64,000 nucleotides of DNA from the human T2T-CHM13v2.0 reference genome, Homo sapiens. Made by a program: the position numbers and the translations under genes. Below the pieces are notes generated by a model. That model had not been told where the DNA came from. It made no database searches and saw only the letters and a program-made list of their open reading frames with translations. The stretch lies in NCBI RefSeq assembly GCF_009914755.1, contig NC_060947.1. The stretch is one strand, 5' to 3'. Below are positions 1 through 15,635 of the stretch, in pieces (the stretch's first letter is position 1; every line of letters begins with the position of its first letter).

Positions 1-2250
1 TGTATTCCCAAGTCTGTGGCTTATCTTCTTATTTTTGGTACTATCTTAGAGCAGACATTTTTATTTTAATGAAGATTATTTCTTTCATAAATTTTTCTTT
101 TTTGTGCTGGATTTAAAATATCATTACCAAACCCAAAGGCATGGAGATGTTACATGCTAGGAGTTATCTTTTATTGTTTTCCATTTTACATTTAGGTCTA
201 TAATCCATTTTGAGTTAATTTGTATACAGAGTGTAACATCTGCATCCAGATTTTTTTTCTTTGCTTTACATATCCAACTGTTCCAATGTCATTTGTTATA
301 AAGGCAGATGTTTATTTAAAAGAAACAAATATTTTCTCCAGTTTATTGTTTTTGATTCTTATCAAAATTACTTGACTGTTTGAGTATACTTCTGCTTATT
401 TTGTTACAATTTTTTACTGGTCTTTTTCTTCACAAATACCACACTGATTGGTGACTGTACTTTTATAATAAATCTTTAGAATACATAGTTTTAGTCCTTC
501 AGGTTTGTCTTTGTTCTTCAAGATTATATTAGCTATTCTGTATATTTGTTCCTTTTTGTATAAACTTAAAAGTTAGTTTGTTGGTATTTATATAATAACT
601 TACTGGAATTCTAATTGAGATTGTTTTTAAATGAATAGATCAACATAGAAAAAATTGATATCTGGACAGTATTGAATCTTTTCTTGTATGCACATTAAAT
701 ATTTATTTATCTGAGTTTTATAAATTTTTAGAGTTTTTTGTTTGCCTAATAATAATCTTGTACATATAATTTATTTCTATGTACTTAATTTGTCGGTGCA
801 TTTGTTAATGGCACTGTATTTTTAATTTTGGATTCTAGTAAATCGTCACTAGTATATAAATAAATAATTGACTTTTGCTTTTAACCTTGTATTCTTCAAC
901 CTTCCTGTAATTGCTTGCTAATTCCAGGAACTTCTTTGTTGATTTATTCAGATTTTCTACATAGATAAACCTATTATCTGAGAACAAAAAGTATTTTTTC
1001 TTCTCAAACTGAATGCCTTTTATTTGTTCTTGTCTTACTGCATTAGCTAGAATGTCCATTATAATGTTGAAAAGAAGTGAAAAAAGGGACATTTCAGAAT
1101 TTTTCCTAATCTTAGGTAAGAGAGCGTCTAGTTTCTCCCTATCAAGTTTGAAGTTAACTGTTCATTTGTTTGTTTGTTTTGGCAGGTGTTCTTTATCAAG
1201 TTGAGGGATTTTTCCCTCAATTTCTAGTTTTCTGAGAGTTTTAATTATGAAGAAGTGTTGGATTTTGTCAAATAATTTTTTTATTTGCTGATAAAATTAT
1301 GTATGTTTTGTTGTTTAACCTGTTAATATGAATTACATAAAGTTATTTTTGAATGTTAAAACAACCTTACATACATGGGATAAATATAAACTGATATTTA
1401 GTGTATAATTTTTTGTACAATTTTTAAATTATAGTATGCTAACATTGTGATGAGAATTTTTGGCATCTATGTTCATAAGAAATATTAGTTTGTAGCATTT
1501 TTTTGGTAATGCTTTAATTTTGGCAGTTTGTGTAGTTCAAGTAATTTCTTTCATTTGGATTATCCAATTTTTGAAAATACATTTGTTCAATATGTTCCTT
1601 TACTGTATTTTTCATGTTCATGGGATCTGTAGTAATGTTCCTTATTTAATTTCTGTTATTAGTAAATTGTGTGTGTGTGTTTTCTTATAATGGCAAGAAT
1701 TTTTTTTTATTTTTTTGGACTTTTGAAAAGACCAGCTTTTAATTTTGTTGATTTTCTGTATTAATTTTCTTTTTTCAATTTTATTGATTTGTGTTCAAAT
1801 TTTTAATTTTATTTTTGTTCTGATTATTTTGGATTTTAATTTTTCTACTTTTTCTTTTCTTTTATTTTTATTCTTTTTTTATTTTACTTATCCATTTTCC
1901 TAAGGTGGAGTCTAGAATTACTGATTTTAAAATCTCTTTTCTTCAATATATGCATTCGATGCTACTTTTTTCTTAAACACTGCTTTTACTCCATCCTATG
2001 AATCTTGATAATTGTATTTTCAATTTCATTTTGTTCAAAATACATTTTTAAATTTTTCTGAAATTACTTCTTTGACAATTTTATTTAGAAGTGTGCTGTT
2101 TAATCTCAAAGTATTTTGATATTTTAAAACAATATTCCCATTATTAACTTTCAATTTAATTTCATTGTAGTCAGAGAACAGACATTGTAATTTCTAATAT
2201 TTTAAATTGGTTTCAGTGTATTTTATGGCCAGAGTATAGTGTTCATATAT
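1..2250 (-). mobile_element. Old L1M ORF2 remnant (RT to 3' ORF2 region)
   Basis: ORF 835..1092(-) SLLFNIIMDILANAVRQEQIKGIQ...FSDNRFIYVENL resembles the L1 RT stretch [25 protein letters not shown]...FADDMIVYLENP; T-rich plus strand. Confidence 0.85.
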
Positions 2251-2256
2251 ATTTAG

Positions 2257-2426
2257 TGAGAGACAGGGTTTCTTTCTGTCACTCAGACTGGAGTACAGTG
2301 GTGAAGTAATAGTTCACTGCAGATTTGAGCTTTTGGGCTCAAGCAATTTTCTCTCAGCCTCTCAGGTAGCTGGGGCTACAGGAATGTGCCACTGCACCCA
2401 GATAATTTATTTTTAGAAGGGGTAGG
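2257..2426 (-). mobile_element. AluJ-like, right-arm half (split by THE1)
   Basis: gagacagggtttc...actggagtacagtgg...gggctcaagcaat...gctggggctacagg; the other half resumes at 5010. Confidence 0.85.
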
Positions 2427-5009
<2,583 letters not shown>

Positions 5010-5125
5010 GGAGCATTTTCAGTATGTTGCCCAGGCTGGTTTTCAAACTTCTGGCATCAAGAAATCCTCCTGCCTCTGCCTCCCAAAGAGCTAGTATTAC
5101 AAGATGTGAGCCAATGCTCCCAGCC
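5010..5125 (-). mobile_element. AluJ-like, left-arm half (continuation of 2257-2426)
   Basis: tatgttgcccaggctggt...cctcccaaag...gtgagcca...cccagcc. Confidence 0.85.
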
Positions 5126-5610
5126 AGAATGAAATATATTTTGGGGAATATTCTATGCAAGCTGGAGAATAATGTGTATTATGCTGTTGTTATAAAAATT
5201 ATTTTATAGATGACAATAATATTCATTTGATTGATTATGTTGTTAGGTTTAACTATATCCTTACTAATTTTATATGTGATGGATCTGCCCATTACTGATA
5301 GAGATATGTAAAATTCTCAACTATAACAATGGATTTATACATTTCTTTTTGCAATTCTATCAGTTTTTGCCTTATATATGTTGATGCTTTGATGTTAGGT
5401 GTGTACACGTTAATAATTGTTATGTCTTTGTTGAGAATTAATCACTTTGTCAATATGTAATTTACCCATCTTTAATAAAATACTGATATAACTACTCCAG
5501 TTTTGTTTTTATTAATGTTAGCACGATTTATCTTTATCTGTTCTTCTAATTTTATCTATGTGTCTCTTTATAATTAAAGTTGACTTCTTGTGAATGAAAT
5601 ACAATAGAAT
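5126..5610 (-). mobile_element. Old L1M ORF2 remnant (endonuclease side), continuation of 1-2250
   Basis: gagaataatgtgtattatgctgttg...aattctcaactataa is antisense L1 endonuclease-region sequence collinear with the part ending near 2250. Confidence 0.7.
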
Positions 5611-5614
5611 ATTT

Positions 5615-6112
5615 TTTATTTAGAAAATTTTAATTTTGTGGGTATATAGTAGTTGTATATATTTATGAAATACATGAGATATTTTTATACAGTCATGCAA
5701 TGTGCAATTATCACATCATGGAAAATGAGATATTCATTATCTTTGTCATTAATCATTTGTGTTGTTACAAACAAATTACATTTTAATTTATTTATAAATG
5801 TATGATTAAGTTACTATTGACTATAGTCACCCTTCTGTACTATCAAATGCTAGATCTTATTATTATTTCTATTTTTTTTTGGTAGCCATTAACCATCCCC
5901 TACTCCTGCTACCTGCCCACTACTGTGTCCCACCTCTGGTAAACCATTCTTCTACTCTCCATCATCATAAGTTTAATTGTTTTGATTTTTAGATCACACA
6001 AATAGTGAAAATATGCAATGATTGTTTTCTGTGCCTTGTTTATTTTGTTTAACATTCTGGTATTCAGTTCCATCCACATTGTTGCAAGTGACAGAATATC
6101 ATTTTTTTAATG
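5615..6112 (-). mobile_element. L1MA-type 3' end
   Basis: ttttgtgggtatatagtag...tacatgagatattt...catcatggaaaatg; closely resembles the L1MA 3' end at 55975-56460. Confidence 0.85.
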
Positions 6113-6168
6113 TATGAATTACTCAGTCTCGTGTATTTCTTCAAGCAGTGTGAGAATGGACTAATACA
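6113..6168 (+). mobile_element. Terminal ~55 bp of a THE1/MST LTR
   Basis: aattactcagtctcgtgtatttcttcaagcagtgtgagaatggactaataca is the MaLR LTR 3' terminus. Confidence 0.85.
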
Positions 6169-6306
6169 ATCTGGTACACAACAAGGTTGCCCACTTTCAC
6201 CATTGTTTTTCAACACAGTACTGGAAGTCGTACCTAGAGCTAGAACAATCTGACAAGAAAAAGAAATAAAGTGCATCCAAATTGAAAAAAAAAAAAAGAA
6301 ATCAGG
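6169..6306 (+). mobile_element. L1 ORF2 RT fragment
   Basis: acacaacaaggttgcccactttcaccattgtttttcaacacagtactggaagtc encodes TQQGCPLSPLFFNTVLEV (RT QG motif). Confidence 0.85.
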
Positions 6307-8409
6307 TACATGTTTGTTTTCATATCTCCTCACCAGGAATGTCCTCCAAGCCTTGGCCTCCAGCCACATCATGCAAGAGCTATCGAGCCAGTAGCAACTC
6401 AGCAACTCCCTGGGCAGAACCTTCAGGGACAACTGAAAGTCTCTGCCACTGCCTTTGCAGTAGAACTGCCCTTACCACCCTCAAACTAACTAAGGAGCAA
6501 AGAGCCTAAGTGCCTTATCCACACTTCCATCAAGCTGCAGTCAACCCTAGGAGAGGAGGCCAGTCCATTTCCCATGGGTCCCACACACCCCACCCCCCAC
6601 TTCTTGTCACCAGACAGGGAACTTCTGGCTTGGGCCCACAGCACATACCCTCAATCTTGGTCTTTTTGCACTGAGTGATTGCTGAACTGCATCTCTCTAG
6701 GATGGAGCCCCCAGGAGACAAACACTACTAAGATCCCTTTCTCTGCTGCCTCCAAGTTGGGGAAGAAACATAAACACTGAGTTCACCCTAAAACTGCAGT
6801 GGGCAGCCCAGGAGTGCCAAGTTGCAATCTGCAGCCAGCACTCATGGGAGAGAGAAACCAACACTTTCAGAGCACAGAAAGGGAACATGGCTGCAACTGT
6901 GAGAAAACAGGGCCACACAACAGATCAAGAGCCTAACAACTGACCAATAAGCCTAAGTGCTACCTGCTGGATCACACCCCAAAGCTACAACATGAAAACA
7001 CCTCACTAACATAACCCCCTCTGAAAACATAGACAAGAAGGCAGATGTAGTTGAAGACTCTTCATAGAGACTCAGCCTTTTGAAAACATCCAGAAAAGAA
7101 GTCTATTGACTGTTCTTAATCTACAATGCAGTTATTAATAAAAGAGTGCCCACATTAAGAGATGAGATAAAAAACCATCTCAAGAACTCCAATAACTCAA
7201 ATGGCCAGATTGTCATATGTCCTTCAAACAACTGCACCAGTTCTCCAACAAGAGTTCTTAATCAGGCTGAATTGACTGGAATGACAGAAATAGAATTCAG
7301 AATATGGATAGAACAAAATATCAGCAAGATTCAGGAGGATGGCAAATCCCAAATCAAGGAAAATAAGAATCATAATAAAGGGATGCAGAAGCTGAAAGAC
7401 AAAGTAGCCAATAAAAAACAACAACAACAAAAAATCTATGAGGTCTGAAAGAGCTGGATAACACAATACCACAATTTCACAATGCAATCACAAGTATTAA
7501 CAGCAGAATAAACCAAGCTGATGAAAAAAATCTCAGAACTTGAAAACTGGTTCCCTGAAATAAGACAGTAAGACCAAAATATCAAAAGAAAAATAAAAAG
7601 GAATGAACAAAACCTCTGAAAAGTACAGGGTTATGTAAAAAGGCTAAATCTATGAATCATTAGCATCCCTAAAAGGGAGGGGGAGAAAGCAAACAACTTG
7701 AAAAACATATTTCAGGATATCATTCATGAAACATTGTCAACCTTGCTAGAGAGGCCACCACTCAAAATCAGAAAATACAGAGAACTCCTGAAATATTGTA
7801 CATAAGAAGATCATCCCAAAGACCATGAGATTTTTAAAGGTTGAAGTGAAAAAAGAAAAAATAATGTTAAAGTAAGTTAAAGAGAAAGGGCAGGTCACCT
7901 AGAAAGAAAATCCCATCAGGCGAACAGTGGACCTCTCACCTGAAACCCTATAAGCCAGAAGAGATTGGAGACCTATATTCAATATCCGTAAAGAAAAAAA
8001 ATCTTCAACCAATAATTTTATATTCAGCCAAACTAAGCTGCCTAAGTGAAGGAATAATAAGATTCTTTTCAGATAAGCAAAAGTTGAGAGAATCCATTAC
8101 CACCTGACCTGCCTTAAGAGATATCCTGAAAGGAGCAGTAAATATAGAAAGGAAAGACCACTACCAGCTAATACAAGAACACACAAACACACAGGCCAGT
8201 GTCACTATAAAGCAACCACAAAAACAAGCCAACATAATAACCAGCTAACAGCAAAATGACAGGATCAATTCAACACTTATCATTACAAACCTTGAATGTA
8301 AACAGGGTAAATGCCCCACGTAAAAGGCACAGAATGTCAATCAGGTTAAAAAAGCAAGACCAAATGATATGCTGTTATCAAGAGACCCATCTCACAAATA
8401 ATGACATTC

Positions 8410-8765
8410 TGATACAGTTAGGCTTTGTGTCTCCACCCTAACCTCATCTTAAATTGTAATCCCCATAATTCCACACTTGTCAAGGGAGAGACAAGGTGGA
8501 GGTAACTGAATCATGGGGATGACTCCCCTATGCTCTTCTCATGATAGTAAGTGAGTTCTTAGGAGATCAGATGGTTTTATAAGCATCTGGCATTTTCCCT
8601 GCTGGCACTCATTCTGCCTCCTGTTGCCCTGTGAAGAAGTGCCTTCCACTGTGATTGTAAATTTCCTGAGGCCTCCCTAGCCATGTGGAATTGTGAGTCA
8701 GTTAAACCTCTTTTATTTATAAATTACCCAGTCTTAGGCAGTTCTTTATGGCAGTGTGAAAACAA
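8410..8765 (+). mobile_element. Solo THE1D/MSTA-like LTR inserted in the L1 endonuclease domain
   Basis: tgatacagttaggctttgtgtc...aaattacccagtc...gcagtgtgaaaac; L1 resumes ataggctcagaataaagg at ~8772. Confidence 0.9.
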
Positions 8766-10673
8766 AGTCAAATAGGCTCAGAATAAAGGTATGGAGGAGA
8801 ATCTCCCAAGGAAATGGAACACACTAAAAAAAGCATAAGTTGCAACCCTAATTTCAGAAAAAAATACATTTCAAAAAAGCAAAGATCAAAAAAGACAAAG
8901 AAGGGCATTGCATAATGGTGAAGAGTTCAATTCAACAAGAAATCCTAACAATCCCAAATATATATGCACCCAACACAGGAGCACCCAGATTTATAAAGCA
9001 AGCTTTTAGAGACCTACAAAGAGATATAGACTCCCATGCAATAATAGTGAGAGATTTCAACACTGTATTGATGGTATTAGATCATCAAGGCAGAAAATTA
9101 ACAAAGATATTAAGGACCTAACAATATTGGACCAAATGGATCTAACAGACATTTACAGAGCTGTCTGCCCAAGAAAAAAAAACAGAATATACATTCTTCT
9201 AATGAGCACATGGGACATAATCTAAAATTGACCACATAATTGGCCATAAAACAATTCTCAACAAACTTTAAAGAACCAAAATCATACCAAGCACACTCTT
9301 GGACCACAACACAATAAAAAGAGAAGTCAAGACTATAAATATCAGTTAAAACCATGCAATAATGTAAAAATTAAACAACATGCTCCTTAATGACTTTTGG
9401 GTAAATAAAGAAATAAAGGCAGAAATCAAGTAGTTATTTGAAAATAATGAGAACAAAAATACAACATACCAGAGTCTCTGGGAAACACCTAGGGCAGTGT
9501 TATGAGGGAAATTCATAGCATTAAATGCCCACATCTAAAAATTTAAAGATCTCAAATTAACAACCTATCTTCACAACTTAAAAAAAATTAGAGAAGCAAG
9601 AACTAATTAACCCCAAAGCTAATGGAAGATGAGATATAACAACAATCAGACCTGAATTGAAAGACAACACGTGAAAAACCATTGAAAAGATAAAACAATC
9701 CAGGAGTTGGTTTTATGGAGAATTTGTTAAAATAGATATACCACTAGCTAGACTAATACATAAGAAAAGAGATAAGATCCAAATAAACACAATTAGAAAT
9801 GATGAAGAAAATGTTAAAGACCCCAAAGAAATAAAAACAAAAAAAAATCAGAGACTATTACAAACAATTCTATGCATACAAACTAGAAGCCCTAGAAGAG
9901 AAGGATAATTCCTGGACACATACACCCTCCCACGACTGAGCTAGAATGTCACTGATTCCCTGAAAAGACTGATAATGAGCTCTGAAATTTTACCAGGAAT
10001 AAATAGTCTACCTACCAAAGAAAGCCTGAGATTTAATGGATTCACAGCTGAATCTACCAGATGTACAAAGAAGACCTGGTACCATTTCTACAGAAACTAT
10101 TCAAAAAAATTGAGGAGAAGGAACTCTTTCCCAACTCATTCTGTGAGGTCAGCATCATCTTGATACCCAAACCTGAAAGAGACACAACAAAATAAAAACT
10201 TCAGGCCAATATCATTGATAAACATTGATGCAAAGATCCTTAAAAAAATACTTGCAAACTGAATCCAGCAGCACATCTAAAAGCTAATTCGCCATGATCA
10301 AGTAAGCTTTAACCCTGGGATGCAAGGTTGGTTCAACACATACATATTAATAAATGTGATTCAACACATGAACAGAAGTAAAGACAAAAACCACATGATT
10401 ATCTCAGTAGACGCAGAAAGGGCTTTCAATAAAAGTAAACAACAGTTTATGTTAAAAACTCTCAATAAACTAGGTGTTGAAGGAACTTACCTCAAAATAA
10501 TAAGAGCCATCTATGAAAAACCCACAGCTAACATTATACTGAATGGACAAAGAGTAGTAGAATTCCCCTTGAAAACCAACATAAAAGTACCCTCTCTCAC
10601 AACTTTTATTCAACGTAGTATTGGAAATCCTAGACAGAGCAATCAGGAAGAAGAAAAAAATAAAGGGCATCCA

Positions 10674-10713
10674 AGAGAGAGAGAGAGAGAGAGAAAGAAA
10701 GAAAGAAAGAAAG
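10674..10713 (+). repeat. (GA)n(GAAA)n microsatellite within L1 ORF2
   Basis: agagagagagagagagagagaaagaaagaaagaaagaaag. Confidence 0.9.
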
Positions 10714-12142
10714 ACAAACTATCTCTGTAAGTGACCTGATTCTGTATCTAGGAAAGCCCATAGTCTTGGACCAAAAGCTCCTCCAGGTTACTAACAGCTT
10801 CAGCATAGTTGCAGGATACAAAATTAATGTATAAATGTCACTCTCATTCCTATACACCAACAAGAGTCAAGTCAGAAAGGCAACCTTATTCACAGCTGCC
10901 ACAAATTGAGTAAAATACCTAGAAATGCAGCTATCCATGGAGGTGAAAGATCTACACAAAGAATTACATAGCACTCCTCAAATAAATCAAAGAAGACACA
11001 AACAAATGCATAAACATCTCATGCTCATTAATATAAATAATTAATATTATTAAAATGGCCATACTGCTTTTAATGCCCAAAGCACTTTACAGATTCATTG
11101 CTATTCCTATAAAGGTACCAATGACATTCTTCACAGAACTAGAAAAAACTACTTTAAAATATATATGGAACCAAAAAATTACCCTAATACCCAAGAAAAA
11201 CCTAAGCAAAAAGAACAAATCTGAAAGCATTAAATTACCTGACTTCAAATTCTACTACAAGTGTACGGTAACCAAAACAGCATGGCACTGGTACAAAAAC
11301 AGGCACATAGATCAGTGGAACAGAATAAAGAACTCAGAAATAAGGCAGTACATCTATGACCATCTGATCTTTGAGAAAGCTGACAAAAATAAGCAACGGA
11401 AAAAGACTCCCTATTCAATAAATAGTGCTAGGATAACAGGCTAGCCACATGCAGAAGTCTTAAACTGAACCCTTTCCTTACATCATACACAAAAATCTAC
11501 TCAAAATGAATTAAGTCTTAAATGTAAACCCTCAAATTATAAAAACCCTGGAAAACAACCTAGGCAATACCTTCCTCGACATATGAATGGGCAAAGATTT
11601 TGTGACAAAAACACCAAATCAATCACAACAGAAGCAAAATTGACAAGTGGGATCTAATTAAACCAAAGAGCTTCTGCGCAGCAAAATAAACTATCAACAT
11701 AGTAAACAGACAACCTACATAATGTGAGAAAATATTTGCAAACTATGCATCTGTCAAAGGTCTAATATTTAACATCGATGAGGAACTTAATTTTACAAGA
11801 GGAAAGCAAACAACCTCATTAGAAAGTGGGCAAAGGACATGACCAGACATTTCTCAAAATAAGACTTCCAGACAGACAATAAGCGTATGAGTAAACTCTC
11901 AATACCAATGATCATTAGAGAAATGCAAATCAAAACCACAATAAGATACAATCTCACACCAGCCACAATGGCTACTATTAAAAAGTCAAAAAGTAAAAGA
12001 TGCTGGCAAGATTGCAAAGAAATAAAACATTTATACACTATTGGAGGGGGTATAAATTAGTTCAACCATTGTGGAAAGCAGTACAGTGATTCCTCAAAGA
12101 GCTAAAAGCTGAACTACTATCTGACCCAGCAATCTCATTACT

Positions 12143-12350
12143 GAGAGTGTAGGTATCTCTTCAACATACTGATTTCAAGTTATTGAGATATATACCCAGA
12201 AGTGGAATTACTGTATTACATGGTAATTCTATTTTTGGTTTTATAAGAAACCTCCATACAATTCTTCATAATGAACGTGTAATTTACATTCCTTCCAAGA
12301 TTGTTCAAGCATTCCAATTTCTCCACGTCTTTACCAACACTTGTTATCAT
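12143..12350 (-). mobile_element. L1M ORF2 C-terminal fragment
   Basis: gtatctcttcaacatactgatttc...tatacccagaagtggaattactg...aatttacattcc. Confidence 0.8.
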
Positions 12351-12399
12351 TCCATTGTAAATTCTGTGCTACAAAGTAATTATGGAACTATTCAAAAAT

Positions 12400-13818
12400 A
12401 CTGAGATGCCTCTTCATAAATTTATTTCTAAAAGTTTTGGTGAAAAGTATGTCTTCTGGGCCCTCTTAGTGCAGATAAATAGGTATTAAATGACAAATCT
12501 ACTCTAACATATTAAACTCCCTAAGGCTTTGGATTTTTCTTCCACATTAAACCAAGGGAGGTTGAGCATTTTCAATTCATTCAGAGTGGGCCATGTTTTG
12601 GTCTATGTTTCAGCAATCAATTAAACTGTTAGAGTCCTTTATAACTCCCCAAGCTACAACATCAAATGCTGAATCTCTGCTTCACTAACCCATATTAACA
12701 AATTCCGTTTTATTTAATTTTATGTTATTTCCATTATTATCCCACACCATTAGCATCCATTCACACACAGTTTTCCTAGATTTCTGGTTGTATAAATTAG
12801 AAAATTCAAGTAGTTCCTCTGGAGTGTAGCATATGTTCTCATGGGTCATACTTTGTGCCTCACCTTTAGGGACCTGCTGGCACTTTAGTATAGTTATTGG
12901 TTTAGTATCAAAGAGGGGCTATAGCAGGTGCATCTTCAAGAAAATCAGAATAGTCTTGCATAAAAATTGCCTCGGGGAGCTCATTACCATTAATTCAGGC
13001 AATGTAAGATTAATTATCTTATAAGGACTTGGAAAGGCAGATACTACTCTGGGTGTAAAGGACAATACCAATTGGCATTTGCAGATCACTGCTCATGGTG
13101 GTGGCAAGATTACTTCTGCTGGGGTTGAAGAGGCTGCTTCCAAGGTGGGTGGGGAGACCTCTTTCATTTGGAAAGAAGTCTCATCAGAATTCAGGAGATA
13201 AATATTTTTAGCTTCATCAGAGTTTTTCCATATGCTCTAATCACAAGTTATATGATCCCACTTTTTCCCACTCAGTGCCATCAATTTTATAGTAGAGCCC
13301 TGTGAAAATGGGAGTTCAATTGTTGTTGTAGTTCATCCAAATAAAGGATGAGACTCCACATTTTATTTTGTAAATATTGGTTCTGCTGCTACAAAAGATT
13401 AGGTACTCATTCAGGAATACATAGAAGCTCTTAGGTCACTTACGTGGCACTTGAGCTGTAAATCTAAGTCCTTTGGCTCATGCTTTTCTTTTACTACTTT
13501 TACCAGTGACATTAGAAAGAACCAACCAATGGCATTATGTTTCTTAGTTTTACAAAAATGCTTGAAACTATTACATACACAGTCAGTTAGCTCCTTTATT
13601 TTTATAAGTAGTTTAGGAGTATCTAAAGCAGATATTTTGTGTATCTCCATAAATAGTTCACACCATAGCTATAGATGCTATCTTTACTACTGGAAATAGA
13701 AACTTTACTATCTTTAAATCTAATCACATTAGAGCGAAAATTTCAGAAACCTCATAAGAAATTTTAGAACATGTATTCTGAAAATTTTTTTTCTAGAACC
13801 ACTCTTGGTTTAAAAATC
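12400..13818 (-). mobile_element. ERVL internal region, decayed leader and gag, 3' truncated
   Basis: Minus strand at ~12541-12599 reads KTWPTLNELKMLNLPWFNVE, like ERVL Gag WPTxxELEMPDLPWFNVEEG; starts gatttttaaaccaagagtggttctaga next to the LTR, like the ERVL leader. Confidence 0.85.
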
Positions 13819-14376
13819 TGTATTACTCTGGGTTCCTTAGAGAAACAGAACCAGTAGGATATACCTATACACACACACACACAAACACACATATATATGT
13901 ATATATACACACACAAATATATATACATATGGTTTATTGTGAAACATTCGCTTATGAAATTATGAAGACTGAGAAATAGCACATTATTCAACTTTAAGCT
14001 TGAGGCTGTGGAAAGCCAGTAGTATAGTGACAGTGAAAGTCTGAAGGCCTGAGGACCAAGGGAGCCAATGGTTCAAGTCCTTGGCTGAGGCCAAAGGTTC
14101 AAGAACCAGAAGTGTTGATATCCAAGGGCCGGAGTACATGGATTTCCCAGCTCAAGCAAAGAGAGCAAATTTGCCCTTTCTCTGTCATGTTATTATATCT
14201 GAATTTTCAACTAATTGGATATTGCCTACTCAAATTGGTTACGGCAATCTTCGCTATGTTTATAATTCAAATGTTAAGCTTTTCCAGAAGCAACCTAACA
14301 GACACACCCAAAAATAATGTTTTCCTAGCTACTGGGGCACTTCCAGTCAAGTTGACATATAAAACCAACCATCACA
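13819..14376 (-). mobile_element. MLT2-family (older, MLT2C/D-like) 5' LTR of the ERVL element, containing a (CA)/(TA) tract
   Basis: tgtattactctgggttccttagagaaacagaacc...ccagtcaagttgacatataaaaccaaccatcaca; TG...CA ends. Confidence 0.85.
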
Positions 14377-15138
14377 ATGGGTAAAAAATATCTCTTTTTA
14401 GTATTAAAAATATTCTAAAATTATTTTGTGATGATAGTTTGAAAACTGTGAATATGCTAAAATCCATTAAGTGTACAATTTAAATATGTATGTTGTACTG
14501 TATGTGAAATATAACTTAAAGTCGTTAACAAAAAATAAACCAGACAGAAAAAAAGATAAAAAACACGAGATCAAACAACTGGAAGAAACCAGCTGCCCAG
14601 TAGATTTTAAATAAATTATATCAATTATTACATTAAATATACATTTACTGAATATCCAAATTAGATGCATTGATTGTCAAATTAAATAAGAAAAATTTAT
14701 TCTACTATATTCTATATACAGGAAACGACTTTAAATATAAAGAAGTAAATATGTTAAAAGTGAAAAAAATGAGGAAAGATGTATGATGAAACACTAATTA
14801 AGCTGGAATTGGTATGCAATATCATACAAAATAAACTTTAAATGAAACATTGTTAGACACCAAAGTAGATTAGTTTTTCAAAAAGACATAATGATTCTAA
14901 ATATAAATGATTACTAAACATAGCTGTAATATATGTAGAACAGGAACTGAAGTAATTAAAAAGGTTAAGAAACAAATCCATAATTATAGTTACAGATATC
15001 AACACTCCTCTCAAAGTAACTGATAAGGATAAGCATGAAACTGTAGATTAATCAAAACATAATGTAATCTTTAAATATACCCATAATACATGAATAAGTA
15101 ATTTTTGATCAAAATGCAAATGCTATTAAAGGGTAAAA

Positions 15139-15478
<340 letters not shown>

Positions 15479-15635
15479 TCATTAAATGGCACTGTAATAA
15501 TTGTAAAGCCGTATGAAAAGCACACACATAAACACACAACATCCAAAATGTTGAAACTATATCCTTGAAACCTACCGCATGACATAATTAAAAATTAATT
15601 CAAAATTGATCATAGTTGTAAGAGTAAGAGTTAAT

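Larger units (their letters stand above)
6320..12142 (+). mobile_element. Large L1 (old L1PA13-16-like): partial 5' UTR, decayed ORF1 (~7150-8190) and ORF2 (8256-12142); 3' UTR missing
   Basis: ORF1-like 7146..7448; ORF2 start MTGSIQHLSLQTLNVN...CCYQETHL; NIYAPNTGAPRFIKQ; MQGWFN...ISVDAERAF; many stops and frameshifts. Confidence 0.93.
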
